From a virus: a stretch of 64,000 nt of DNA. Every line of letters begins with the position of its first letter. The first letter of the stretch is position 1. A model generated the notes under the pieces. The model made no database searches. It worked only from the letters and a program-made list of their open reading frames with translations, and was not told the DNA's origin. Shown here piece after piece: positions 37,138 through 46,739 of this stretch. The position numbers and the translations under genes were made by a program. The stretch lies in the UHGV virus genome UHGV-0367612; one strand, written 5' to 3'.

Positions 37138-37705
37138 GGATACATTTTAACCGGGTCAAAAGGTCGCAGATAACCTCTGGATTCTTTGCTACCCATGAGT
37201 GGTTGTTGATAACCCATTGCCGATGTTTGTGATATACCAGTAATGAATCAATCATCTCATTCACTGATAGGATAGCATATTCAATGGGTGCCCTGAACTC
37301 GAAATGGAGTGTAGGTTTTCTTGAACCTTGAGTCTCAGCCCATACTACTTGGAATGGGTCAAATTCCAATGAAATCAAATCCCATGGTAAATCATTTACC
37401 TGTTTCCAAAAATCCTCTTGGAATTGTCCCAAAGTCTCCTCTGCAATCCGATCATGTAAAGTGGCTTTACCTGATTTTACTTTGGATTGCAAGGTTCTCA
37501 TGGCAGCTAACGTGATTGCATCTGCCGAAAGTAAGAGTGGTTTTCTCTTCTCTTCTTGTACCGGAGCATCTTCTACTCCAGTATTCTCTGCTACTTCCTG
37601 AACTCCTGCTAATGGTGCCCCAGTTTCGGGGTCAAATTTTGGTTGTGGAATCTCAACCTTTCTTCCTCTTTTTGCCATTTCTTTTAATTTTAAGTTATAT
37701 AACAA
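37094..37705 (-). CDS. hypothetical protein
   Basis: 203-aa ORF. Confidence 0.35.
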   Translation of the reverse strand: MLYNLKLKEMAKRGRKVEIPQPKFDPETGAPLAGVQEVAENTGVEDAPVQEEKRKPLLLSADAITLAAMRTLQSKVKSGKATLHDRIAEETLGQFQEDFWKQVNDLPWDLISLEFDPFQVVWAETQGSRKPTLHFEFRAPIEYAILSVNEMIDSLLVYHKHRQWVINNHSWVAKNPEVICDLLTRLKCILEQLVTGGTQGDAQ

Positions 37706-37718
37706 TGGTTATTAGTTC

Positions 37719-38228
37719 CTATGCTTCACCCATGATTTTATTGGGTACATAGCCGGCTTTTGGTTTACCTATTTTCATAAATCCCTGAATCCATGCTTTA
37801 GCAGCATCTCCAACTGCCATAATGGCCAGATCATTTATATTTTCAATGGTCATGTTCTTACTTTTCTCATTTTGCTTATGAATAATGGGTAGTGCTCTCA
37901 ATACCAAGGCATGGTTATGGGTTTGATCATTCACTTCTTCCATTAACTTAACCATAATACTGATCTTATCATCCTCGTTAAACTCCTTGTGGTCTTTAAG
38001 GAAACCATCCACTGTATCTGTTAACATACTGTGTAATTCCTTATCCAGATCATCCATATCTCCCATAGTTGAGAAGTAATTTCTGAACAGATTCATCACT
38101 ACACTTACCATTAAACTATCTATAAAAGTCGGGGTTATAATACCCGACTCTATGAGTTCTTGAATTTTTCTGATTTCTTCCAACTCTTTATCTGGAAGAG
38201 AATCCAGACTATTTATTCTTTTTCCCAT
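37719..38228 (-). CDS. hypothetical protein
   Basis: 169-aa ORF. Confidence 0.35.
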   Translation of the reverse strand: MGKRINSLDSLPDKELEEIRKIQELIESGIITPTFIDSLMVSVVMNLFRNYFSTMGDMDDLDKELHSMLTDTVDGFLKDHKEFNEDDKISIMVKLMEEVNDQTHNHALVLRALPIIHKQNEKSKNMTIENINDLAIMAVGDAAKAWIQGFMKIGKPKAGYVPNKIMGEA

Positions 38229-38461
38229 TATTTATTCTTTAAGGTTTCATAATCTTCTTCTGTAATCTCTGAGCATCCGGTAATTTCTACTGTGTTACCG
38301 ATAGGAGCATATTTGGCTGTAGTCTCCACTCTAATCTGGTTTTTGATCTCTTCAATCTCTCCCATTGGGTGTTCTCCCTCGGTTTCTACATAGAAAATGT
38401 GTAGTGACTTTCTACCCCTGTAGTTTGTCACGTTTGCGAAAATCATAAAATAGCGTTTCAT
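38228..38461 (-). CDS. hypothetical protein
   Basis: 77-aa ORF. Confidence 0.3.
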   Translation of the reverse strand: MKRYFMIFANVTNYRGRKSLHIFYVETEGEHPMGEIEEIKNQIRVETTAKYAPIGNTVEITGCSEITEEDYETLKNK

Positions 38462-38465
38462 CTCT

Positions 38466-38876
38466 TTATCTTATTTTAGTCCATTCAATCGGTTTACCTT
38501 TTATCTCTGTAATAAAAGAGTCCCAGTTCTGATTGACAAGCAATATATCCATGGGCTCAACTTTTGAGAATTTTTCCAAGAACTCCTCAAAGTTGTTCAT
38601 GATATTCTGGGATAGCTCCTCATTCTTTCCAAAATGTTTGTGTAACTCTTGCCTGAGTAATTTCTCAGATTGGATTCGGAATTGGTCTCCAGCCACTTTT
38701 AATTTCCCAGACCAGATATTCGTGTATTTCAAATCATCCAGTTTTTCCATTAATACAGTGGATACCAGAACAAGCACCATGTATGATGATGCCTGTTCCA
38801 TTGTAATCTTAGTTCCCATAAGCTCTCCCCCTTTTAACCATTTTCTCATGGTGACCCTTAACTGCTTCTGGGTCAA
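38466..38876 (-). CDS. hypothetical protein
   Basis: 136-aa ORF. Confidence 0.35.
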   Translation of the reverse strand: MTQKQLRVTMRKWLKGGELMGTKITMEQASSYMVLVLVSTVLMEKLDDLKYTNIWSGKLKVAGDQFRIQSEKLLRQELHKHFGKNEELSQNIMNNFEEFLEKFSKVEPMDILLVNQNWDSFITEIKGKPIEWTKIR

Positions 38877-39165
38877 ACCCTTTCACTTTTTCCCTTATGG
38901 GCACGATGTGAGTCTTATATAAAGACTTCCATAAAAACTCAGGTAAGGGTCTAAATGAATTCTCTGATACCTTATCCCACTTTGCCCGGAGTGAGTTAAT
39001 GCAAAACCGGAATGTACTCATGTCCTCCATTGCATTAAAATTCGTTATCAGATCATCAAAATCCTTTTTCATGTCCTCAATAAAATTGTTATAAGGGAAA
39101 TTCTCAGTGTTCTCCAAATTATACTTTCCCAAATACTCTGTTACTTCCATGTACCTAACCTCCAT
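38809..39165 (-). CDS. hypothetical protein
   Basis: 118-aa ORF. Confidence 0.3.
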   Translation of the reverse strand: MEVRYMEVTEYLGKYNLENTENFPYNNFIEDMKKDFDDLITNFNAMEDMSTFRFCINSLRAKWDKVSENSFRPLPEFLWKSLYKTHIVPIREKVKGFDPEAVKGHHEKMVKRGRAYGN

Positions 39166-39458
39166 TAAGCTAAATATTTCTCTTGCAATTCTTTTAACTC
39201 TTTTTGTGCCTTTCTCAACTCTTTTGCATCCTCTCCACCAGATGCTCGGAATACCCTTAATTCGGCTTTCTCAATTTGATTCCGAACCTTTTGCCGGTAA
39301 GACTTCCTTTTAACCGTGTCAATCATACCCTTTGGGTATTTGTACCTGAGTTCTTTTCTCACTACCACTTCCTTAACAACCTCTAACTCCATTTGTTCTT
39401 TGGCAGACTTGGTTTCCTTAACCTGTTCTTCCTTTTTTGTTTTGACTTTTGTTTTCAT
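39165..39458 (-). CDS. hypothetical Lys/Glu-rich protein
   Basis: 97-aa ORF. Promoter copy upstream at 39496-39537. Confidence 0.35.
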   Translation of the reverse strand: MKTKVKTKKEEQVKETKSAKEQMELEVVKEVVVRKELRYKYPKGMIDTVKRKSYRQKVRNQIEKAELRVFRASGGEDAKELRKAQKELKELQEKYLA

Positions 39459-39495
39459 AACTTACTCATTATTAATTATTATAATTATTATTAAA

Positions 39496-39537
39496 TGCAA
39501 TGCAAATATATAAAACCTGTTTTACTTTTGCAAATCC
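39496..39537 (-). promoter_or_regulatory. conserved early promoter copy
   Basis: Plus-strand tgcaatgcaaatatataaaacctgttttacttttgcaaatcc. Confidence 0.6.
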
Positions 39538-39541
39538 TTTG

Positions 39542-39736
39542 TTACCCAATTATCAATCCGATAATCATTATTATCAGGAAGAATAAGAAGGCGATCCCCA
39601 CTATGGTGTCAGCTCTTTTCTTATTCTTTTCCCTGATCTCTTCCATGGTCATGGGTTTGGTTATTTTTGAACCTCCATCCACTATAGCCCCGTAAATTAC
39701 AGCTACCACTATTATTACTAAGATGATTGTAATCAT
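39542..39736 (-). CDS. small two-TM membrane protein
   Basis: 64 aa. Sequence 'IILVIIVVAVIYGAIV' ... 'IVGIAFLFFLIIMIIGLIIG'. Confidence 0.35.
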   Translation of the reverse strand: MITIILVIIVVAVIYGAIVDGGSKITKPMTMEEIREKNKKRADTIVGIAFLFFLIIMIIGLIIG

Positions 39737-40041
39737 GATTTCTTTGTTTTAAGTTTGTAAATCTTGTCAATCTCAGTTTGAGATACCACCAATACGTTAT
39801 TCTCTTCATTGAATGTCCAATCCAATTCCTTAAATAATGGATCCATTCTTAAACTCTCTATCAACCTTTTCATGGGTAGTTTATCTGAAAAATAGATAAT
39901 ATTGTTGGTGATGTCTATGGATACCCTTATACGATTATGAGAATCCTCTATCCCATGATTTAACTCTGAACTCTCTACGATGTAGTCTAAGAAATCACTT
40001 AAACTCTCATCTAAAACTGCATTACCTGTTGAGCCTTTCAT
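39733..40041 (-). CDS. hypothetical protein
   Basis: 102-aa ORF. Confidence 0.3.
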   Translation of the reverse strand: MKGSTGNAVLDESLSDFLDYIVESSELNHGIEDSHNRIRVSIDITNNIIYFSDKLPMKRLIESLRMDPLFKELDWTFNEENNVLVVSQTEIDKIYKLKTKKS

Positions 40042-40385
40042 AATCCTAAATACTTTTCTAGTTCTGCTTCTTCTTTTAATTCACGTAATTGCTTACGAGT
40101 CGTTTTCTTTTTACTTTGAAGCTCTTTAATTTGTCTCTGTAAATCCTCCACTGCCGCTTCAATATCATAAGGATCATTCCCATCCACTGAAGTCCCAGTA
40201 TAAATCTCACCCTTGGGAACCTTAATCCCATAATCAGATAAACTCTTGTCCCGATATGGATAGGGAATAGTAATCTTCCCGTAATTCTTTGGAGCATCCC
40301 ACTTTTTCTTCATCTCGGTTTCATTAATCCCATATACACATGATATGAGAATCCCTATCAATACTGCCACTACGTATTTCATCAA
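40038..40385 (-). CDS. putative lipoprotein with coiled-coil
   Basis: 115 aa. Signal peptide with lipobox-like 'ILISC', then a coiled-coil C-terminus. Confidence 0.3.
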   Translation of the reverse strand: MMKYVVAVLIGILISCVYGINETEMKKKWDAPKNYGKITIPYPYRDKSLSDYGIKVPKGEIYTGTSVDGNDPYDIEAAVEDLQRQIKELQSKKKTTRKQLRELKEEAELEKYLGL

Positions 40386-41191
40386 TAATTGAATAAGTGA
40401 TCCAAGACCTGTCTATCTAACCCAATCTCTTTTGCCGGTTTCAAGTCAAACTCATGGTTTAACTGGTAGTTAAATCCATTATAGACGTAATAGTCATTGC
40501 AAATGGCTATCTTGTTTTTCTCCATTTCCAATTTGATCCGATCTACAATATTCTCTCTATAAGTTCCCGGGAATCCAGTTTCTTCAATAACATCCACTAC
40601 CCGATCTTCAAATGATCTTCTAACCTTTTGAGATTCTAATTCTCGGAATGGGTAAATTGCCTCTTCAAACCTGTTGATAAGGTCATTGGCTGAGTCCAAG
40701 AGATATTCCGGATTGAGCATCTTTTCTAAGGCTTCTGTGTGTAACCCCTTGACATGAATCCCAGCACCTTCCGGAATGCACATCCCATTAGTGCATATTT
40801 GCCGGTAAATGGCTGCGGTCATTTGGAATTTCATTGACCCATCATAGGAATTGTAAAAACTCAATTTCGGGTGTAATGAATCTACTCCCTCCATTTTAAC
40901 CTTTTGGTCTTTGAGAATCAAATCCAATCGAGTGATAGCCCCACCCTTAATGAGTTTAGCCTGAGGTTCTACCTTGAATTTATCAGAAAATAATTCAATG
41001 ATAGGTTGAAATACTACCTTATTCTCAACCAAGTGGTATTTCTCAGAGCAAAAATTCACTATTCGTGCATTCTCTGTTCCTGGATTGACAATCACTGCAT
41101 ACTCATTGCTGGAATTAACCTGAATCCCCGGTATCAATTCTGATACCTTTCTTTTAATAACTGGTTGGTAAATCTGTTCTAACGTACTCAT
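40382..41191 (-). CDS. hypothetical protein (DUF932-like?)
   Basis: 269 aa. 'SFYNSYDGS' resembles the NSxDGS signature I recall for the phage/plasmid DUF932 family. Weak evidence. Promoter copy at 41218-41259. Confidence 0.25.
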   Translation of the reverse strand: MSTLEQIYQPVIKRKVSELIPGIQVNSSNEYAVIVNPGTENARIVNFCSEKYHLVENKVVFQPIIELFSDKFKVEPQAKLIKGGAITRLDLILKDQKVKMEGVDSLHPKLSFYNSYDGSMKFQMTAAIYRQICTNGMCIPEGAGIHVKGLHTEALEKMLNPEYLLDSANDLINRFEEAIYPFRELESQKVRRSFEDRVVDVIEETGFPGTYRENIVDRIKLEMEKNKIAICNDYYVYNGFNYQLNHEFDLKPAKEIGLDRQVLDHLFNY

Positions 41192-41271
41192 AATTAATTA
41201 TTTTATTTATTATTAAATGCAATGCAAATATAATATACTCATATTCACATTGCAAATCCTATTTTACTTTA

Positions 41272-41700
41272 TTAACTTTCCCATCTCTCTGTTACGAAGA
41301 TGAAATCGGCTGCAAAGGTAACATCTACCCCATTCTCGAAAAATTGACTGATACCTCTTTGACATTGGTACTCATCAAAATCATAATACTCATCTCCATC
41401 TATATCAAAGTCCTCATTAACAGATTCAAATACCCATTGGTGAAAACCATAACCTCTGGCATCATTCTCGAAGGTATCGAAATGACATAACTGCCAATTC
41501 CTATCTCTGAACCATTTGAAGAAATCCTTCCAGTAAATATTGTTTTTCTCCAATTTCCCATTAATTAAAGTGTAACCCGTTATATATTCCCATACTCCGG
41601 TTCTATTCTGAGAATCATTCCGGATGAATCTTTTGATTGCATCCTCTGTAGTCTTCTTTGCTAATTGCAAGCTTAACTGGTTTAAATCTTGTATCTCCAT
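41272..41700 (-). CDS. hypothetical protein
   Basis: 142-aa ORF. Promoter copy at 41723-41759. Confidence 0.35.
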   Translation of the reverse strand: MEIQDLNQLSLQLAKKTTEDAIKRFIRNDSQNRTGVWEYITGYTLINGKLEKNNIYWKDFFKWFRDRNWQLCHFDTFENDARGYGFHQWVFESVNEDFDIDGDEYYDFDEYQCQRGISQFFENGVDVTFAADFIFVTERWES

Positions 41701-41794
41701 ATATTTATTATTAAAAATTATAATGCAAATATATAAATCCTCAGTTTCCTATGCAAATCTCTTGTTACGTGATTAACATGAAAAGAGGCTCATT

Positions 41795-42214
41795 TTACTG
41801 AGCCTCTGGTTTTAGTCCAAATTTAAGATTGAAATCTCTGAGCTTCTCTCGTGCTCTCTCTTTATAAAAGATCTTTTCCCACCATTTTAGTTTCCCAATA
41901 AAGAAATCTAGTATTGGTTGTTGGTTTTTCAATATAACTTTATGTAGCAATGAAAATTGCTCACTAGATAAATCGTGCATGATATTAGCCATAGCCCCTG
42001 TATTGATCCCCAATTTGGTGTACAAACTGATAGAATCTAGGTTGAGGTCTGTCCAATCATCAACTGATATCCCGGGTATAACACATTCTACTGATTTACC
42101 TAAAACCTTTTTATTAGCGGCTGCTATAACCTGAGCCAGAGTTTTAATAACTGCCAACTCATCCTGGTTAAAAGGAGGCCTATTCTTCATCGCTGTCCTC
42201 GGCATAACTTTCAA
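41795..42214 (-). CDS. hypothetical protein
   Basis: 139-aa ORF. Confidence 0.35.
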   Translation of the reverse strand: MKVMPRTAMKNRPPFNQDELAVIKTLAQVIAAANKKVLGKSVECVIPGISVDDWTDLNLDSISLYTKLGINTGAMANIMHDLSSEQFSLLHKVILKNQQPILDFFIGKLKWWEKIFYKERAREKLRDFNLKFGLKPEAQ

Positions 42215-42989
42215 GTTGTTTAAGTGGTTGTGACGTAGTTACCCATTTATTCCATCGTAAATAGAAAGGAGTGGGTTCTTTCTCCGGGTCTCTCTCCATT
42301 TCTCTATACTCTTTCCGGAATCTCTCTTTCTCTTTCTCACTCATGAATTCTGGGAAAATGTGGAGTTTCTGTGTTGTGAAGGATTCTTGAGCTTTTCCTG
42401 GAACCTTGATCTCAAGTGTACCAGTAAATTCTCCAAACCTGTATACTTGGACTTCATCTGTCCTTTTCTTGTATATCTTTATCCCCACTATAATGGTTGG
42501 GTCGAATTTATCTAACATGGGGTTCTTTGATTCTTTGATTAACCGAACCATGTATTGGAACTTGTCTGTTCTCCAATCATCATTCTCCCACTCTACCTTT
42601 TCAAACCTCTCCATTTGGTGAAGTAAATCTCGAGTCACGAATACAAATCCCTGTTCTCGTAAAGCCTTGATTAATTCATCTTGATCCTGAGAACTGTTAA
42701 TGATCTCCATGATCTCTTCTACATAGCTCTCTGAATCTGAATCGATCTTACCAACCTTTTTAGCCTTTTTCTCCTTAGCTTCAAGTGGCAATAACCCGGA
42801 TAACTTCTTGAGATATGTGATAGCTTTCTCCACATCTTCCTGATTATCCATTGTAACCTCAATTCTCATTGGACCGTTGTGGGTAAACTTTGGTCCAGTT
42901 GCAAACTCTGATCCCTGTTTATAGAGTTTATCTGATATGAGCCTTGACTCTTCATCAAATAATTGTACTCTTATTCTTTTCTCTTCCAT
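42180..42989 (-). CDS. hypothetical protein
   Basis: 269-aa ORF. Confidence 0.35.
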   Translation of the reverse strand: MEEKRIRVQLFDEESRLISDKLYKQGSEFATGPKFTHNGPMRIEVTMDNQEDVEKAITYLKKLSGLLPLEAKEKKAKKVGKIDSDSESYVEEIMEIINSSQDQDELIKALREQGFVFVTRDLLHQMERFEKVEWENDDWRTDKFQYMVRLIKESKNPMLDKFDPTIIVGIKIYKKRTDEVQVYRFGEFTGTLEIKVPGKAQESFTTQKLHIFPEFMSEKEKERFRKEYREMERDPEKEPTPFYLRWNKWVTTSQPLKQLESYAEDSDEE

Positions 42990-42990
42990 A

Positions 42991-43287
42991 TTAATATCTC
43001 TTTTTACTAATTACTTTAAAATCTTTTGGATAACCCTCTCTCCATATAATCAACATGGATTGATCCTGAATCTCAGTCTCAATTACTATGAATTTAGTAC
43101 CACTACTGTAAGGAATAATCCATTCTCTTATGGGATTTTTCTGAAATTGGGGGGTTGAATCTCTTTTGGAGTTTACCTCTACTATCGTGTTATCTCTTAC
43201 TATGGGTTTTGAAATATATACCCCCATGAATACCCCTATTAACCAGGATACCACCATTCCGATAATTAAAACTGTTTTGAAATTCAT
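42991..43287 (-). CDS. hypothetical N-terminally anchored protein
   Basis: 98 aa with N-terminal TM 'VLIIGMVVSWLIGVFMGVYI'. Confidence 0.3.
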   Translation of the reverse strand: MNFKTVLIIGMVVSWLIGVFMGVYISKPIVRDNTIVEVNSKRDSTPQFQKNPIREWIIPYSSGTKFIVIETEIQDQSMLIIWREGYPKDFKVISKKRY

Positions 43288-43414
43288 AATCTTAAATTTT
43301 GGTTTGTGGGCTGTTGAGACTCGAACTCAACTAAAAACCACTTTAGCCCTTATAATAAATGGCCAGTTCATTATTAAAATCCCTGGCCATTCCTGAAATT
43401 ATGAAGTTACCTGA

Positions 43415-43945
43415 TTAATCTTCATCTTCCTCTGCCTCAACTTCTTTGGCTTCCTTCTTAGCCTTTTTCTTAGCCTTTTTGTCGGCTTTTGATTCTTTTG
43501 GAGCTTCTTCCGCTTTTTCCTCTTTGGCTTCTTTCTTAGCCTTTTTGGATTTCTTCTCTGCCTTTTCTTCTCCATCTCTGGCTTCTGCCTTCTCAGCTGC
43601 TGCCTTCTCCCGTCTCATTTTTGCCCGCCATTTTTTACGTTCTGCTTTGTCATCCATTCCCTCCGGATACTCATATTTTTGAGCGAATGCACCGGTTCCT
43701 GCAGGTTTCAGTTCTTTGCATTGGTCATTGATATTGTCCAATTCTTCTGAAGCAACATCCACTGCCTTTTGCAGTTTGTCGAATTCTTTGCGGATTTTCT
43801 TGTCTTCGATTTCTTCCGGATCTTTGATTGAGTTCTCTTTCTTAAAAGTTCTCAACTCAGCTTTCGCAGTTTTTAACGTTTCCTTTGCGGTTTCCTTTGC
43901 AGCTTTTGCATCTTCGTAATTCTCAAACTTTTTCATCTTATTCAA
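43415..43945 (-). CDS. Lys/Glu/Ala-rich low-complexity protein (histone H1-like tail)
   Basis: 176 aa. C-terminal sequence 'KKSKKAKKEAKEEKAEEAPKESKADKKAKKKAKKEAKE'. Confidence 0.35.
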   Translation of the reverse strand: MNKMKKFENYEDAKAAKETAKETLKTAKAELRTFKKENSIKDPEEIEDKKIRKEFDKLQKAVDVASEELDNINDQCKELKPAGTGAFAQKYEYPEGMDDKAERKKWRAKMRREKAAAEKAEARDGEEKAEKKSKKAKKEAKEEKAEEAPKESKADKKAKKKAKKEAKEVEAEEDED

Positions 43946-44041
43946 ATTTTAAATTAATATATCCTATCTTTGTATTAACCATTAGTCCTTGACCTTGATT
44001 CTCGTGTTCTAGATGCTCATTATTTTTATTTATTATTTAAT

Positions 44042-44082
44042 TGCAATGCAAATATAATATCCTATAATATCATTTGCAAATC
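44042..44082 (-). promoter_or_regulatory. conserved early promoter copy
   Basis: Plus-strand tgcaatgcaaatataatatcctataatatcatttgcaaatc. Overlaps the last codons of the upstream ORF. Confidence 0.5.
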
Positions 44083-44427
44083 TAAAGTTTCTGAGGTTTC
44101 TATTTTAATCACCTTATAATCAATGATTTCCATTCTGTTTAACAGATACCTAATCTCTGATTCTTTGAGTTTACTCACATAGAGAACTTTATTCTCCCTA
44201 TTATCTCTAGTTGGAATGATCACTTTATAAATATCTTGCAAGCTGATCATCTCTAAAAACTGATCCAGGTAATCTTTGCAAGCTTTTCGGTATTGGTTAT
44301 ACCTTTTGGCGTACATCTCTCCTTTGGTTTGTCCCCGATATTCATCCTCTAACGTGTAGAGATTTCTCTTTTGTTGCATTAGGCTCTCAACTACCAGTTC
44401 GACCCTATTCATCTCTTCTACTCCCAT
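44062..44427 (-). CDS. hypothetical protein
   Basis: 121-aa ORF. Confidence 0.35.
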   Translation of the reverse strand: MGVEEMNRVELVVESLMQQKRNLYTLEDEYRGQTKGEMYAKRYNQYRKACKDYLDQFLEMISLQDIYKVIIPTRDNRENKVLYVSKLKESEIRYLLNRMEIIDYKVIKIETSETLDLQMIL

Positions 44428-45011
44428 TTTAAAATCCTCCTGTGTTTGTATTCATTAGTAATTGCACATTTAATCCTTTTCCTTGGAGTATCTGTTTTCA
44501 GATTATACCTCTTGAAGTTCAGTTTCTCCATGAGAATCACATTCTCACATAGATTGTACATGTATTCGTTTTTACTCACGTCATCAATGAGACTTTCTTT
44601 TAAACCTGACCTGAAAATTTTGATTTTCTCATCTATGGCTTTGGCCATCAATTTCTCAGCTAGTTTAATGGGGTCTCCCTTAACCAACTTATAGTTCTCC
44701 ACTCTATTCTTTAACTTAGTAATGAGCTTGTATACCCCTCCAAAGCTGTAAATAAAGTGAGATACATTATCCTGTAAACCATATACCCGGAAATTCTGGT
44801 CTATTTCCTTTTCCCCAGAATAACCAATAGTGTCCAAGCATACAAGGATAACCCCACATCTGGAAGAACAGAGTTGGGCCAATCCCAACTCCTTTCCCTT
44901 CAACCCATGTTTGAGTTTGAATTCCTTGCATATCATATCTTTGCATACTGGTCTTTGATCCCAGTTTACAGAAGCCTGATATCCTTCAAAATTACTTTTT
45001 AGTTTTTCCAT
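44418..45011 (-). CDS. hypothetical protein
   Basis: 197-aa ORF. Confidence 0.35.
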   Translation of the reverse strand: MEKLKSNFEGYQASVNWDQRPVCKDMICKEFKLKHGLKGKELGLAQLCSSRCGVILVCLDTIGYSGEKEIDQNFRVYGLQDNVSHFIYSFGGVYKLITKLKNRVENYKLVKGDPIKLAEKLMAKAIDEKIKIFRSGLKESLIDDVSKNEYMYNLCENVILMEKLNFKRYNLKTDTPRKRIKCAITNEYKHRRILKWE

Positions 45012-45429
45012 AATAACTATCTGACATTAATTCATGTTCCCATTTCTTAATTACTTTAGCATAACCCATATTGGTTCTCATTAACCAATTAACTTCATCT
45101 CGATGAGATTCTAAATCACATTTAGAATCATCATCTTCATCTGTATCTTCAATCTTTTCCAGTTCCTCATCATCGCAGAATTTTACATCGCAAATGGTAA
45201 TTGGTTTCTCCTCTCCTACATTGGTCATGTTGTAGAATACCTTGTATAAAAGTTTTAGAGAATCGTCTGAAGCCATCAGATTTTCAAGGGTGTGTTCATC
45301 TCCATTAGCTAGGCTACCTATAAAATCCCAAAATAAAATCCGATACCGATAAAACTTGGGTAATCTGGGGATTAAGAAGTCGTATGCTTCCCAACCATCT
45401 TCCCTTCCATAAAATAACTTATTATCCAT
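44992..45429 (-). CDS. hypothetical protein
   Basis: 145-aa ORF. Promoter copy at 45453-45489. Confidence 0.35.
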   Translation of the reverse strand: MDNKLFYGREDGWEAYDFLIPRLPKFYRYRILFWDFIGSLANGDEHTLENLMASDDSLKLLYKVFYNMTNVGEEKPITICDVKFCDDEELEKIEDTDEDDDSKCDLESHRDEVNWLMRTNMGYAKVIKKWEHELMSDSYYGKTKK

Positions 45430-45569
45430 GATAAATGTTTTTAATTATTATATGCAAATATATAATCTCGTTATCTTGTTTGCAAATCCCCATTTACTAA
45501 AATAGGGAGCTTGTTGCTCCCTATTCCAAACATAAAATTCTCTAGGCTGATTTTAAAACTGGCAACAGT

Positions 45570-45995
45570 TTACTTTTTACCTTTCTTTCCTTTTTTCGGA
45601 ACCTCAATATCAAGTTCTTTGGCAATTGCAACCCGGAGCTTCTCAACTTCATCCTCATCATCTTCGTCGTAGTCCTCGACATCGATGTCCTCCAGCTCTT
45701 CATCGTCAACCAATTCGGAAAGTTCGTCGTAATCCATGTCTTTGATGTCGTCCCAGGTATATTCGTCGTCATCATCGTCATCGTCTTCTGGTTCTTCCTT
45801 CTTTGCTGGTTTTTTGGTTTCCTTTTTGTGTTCTTCTTTTTTACCTTTTTTCGGAGCTTCTTCCTCCGGATCCTCTTCATCTGCCAAAGCCTCTGCCAAA
45901 GCTTCCAAGTCCAAATCTTTCACTGCCAAAAGAACTTTCTCTCCATCCTCTTCTCCGAGGAAATGTTTGTCATCAATTTTCTTTACAATTTTCAT
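45570..45995 (-). CDS. extremely acidic protein (possible DNA mimic)
   Basis: 141 aa. Asp/Glu runs ('EDDDDDDDEYTWDD', 'DIDVEDYDEDDEDE') with a short basic KKGKKGKK C-terminus. Confidence 0.4.
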   Translation of the reverse strand: MKIVKKIDDKHFLGEEDGEKVLLAVKDLDLEALAEALADEEDPEEEAPKKGKKEEHKKETKKPAKKEEPEDDDDDDDEYTWDDIKDMDYDELSELVDDEELEDIDVEDYDEDDEDEVEKLRVAIAKELDIEVPKKGKKGKK

Positions 45996-46067
45996 TTTTC
46001 TCTGTTTTTAAGTTATTTAATTAACCTTATATCCTAATTTCAAGGTATATTAGCACTTCCAGTATTT

Positions 46068-46739
46068 TTAATATTCTAGGCTTTTTACTGATAAATCCTT
46101 AGTTACATCCACTGCCTCAATAAATTCCTTTGAGAACATTGTCCAGAGGGATAAGGATAAGTGATATCTGTAAAAAGGTCCGTTGTCATATTTCCATTCT
46201 GTTAATGTTTTAAGGATATTAGTTCCATAGACAAAGTCTTTAAGAGGGACCTTATCCCACTTCCTGGTTTTGGTTCTACCACCACCCAGAAATTCTATAA
46301 TATGTTGGGCTCCTTTTACACTATTTAGCTCTGCCAAATTGGTTGTAAATCCTTCTTTAAATCTGGCTATAAATAAGGGAAGATCGTCCTCTACACACCT
46401 TAACAACCAAACTCGATTCTCCAACCTTGCAGTGGCTTGTCGTTTTCTCCTAACTCTCAACCGTTTACTAGTCCTTTCTGCATGAGCTTTGTCTATAAGG
46501 TTAGAAGGTTTGACATCATTTCTAGCTTCACTTATAAGAGGGAGTTTCCTTACCTCAAATAAGGCCTGATCTAACTTGGTTATTTGATAGCCTGGTTTGA
46601 CTTTGAACTCATAATCCTTGAAATAAACCTTGGCTATCTCCAAAGCCTGTTCCTTGAATTGGAATGGCTTATTGATAATCCCAGGCTTTAAAACATCTCT
46701 AAAGTCTAGGATATAATAATGGAGATACTGTATTTTCAT
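46068..46739 (-). CDS. hypothetical protein
   Basis: 223-aa ORF. Confidence 0.35.
   Translation of the reverse strand: MKIQYLHYYILDFRDVLKPGIINKPFQFKEQALEIAKVYFKDYEFKVKPGYQITKLDQALFEVRKLPLISEARNDVKPSNLIDKAHAERTSKRLRVRRKRQATARLENRVWLLRCVEDDLPLFIARFKEGFTTNLAELNSVKGAQHIIEFLGGGRTKTRKWDKVPLKDFVYGTNILKTLTEWKYDNGPFYRYHLSLSLWTMFSKEFIEAVDVTKDLSVKSLEY

Noticed and set aside
43295-43345. Possible tRNA gene
   Set aside because: Only T-arm and acceptor-like helices are present, with no D or anticodon arms. It is reported as a tRNA-like minihelix, not as a tRNA.
45542-45880. 112-aa Lys/Arg-rich ORF overlapping the acidic gene in another frame
   Set aside because: It is a frame artefact of the GA-rich acidic-protein coding sequence. 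The acidic frame (45570..45995) has the proper start context and a promoter-proximal position.
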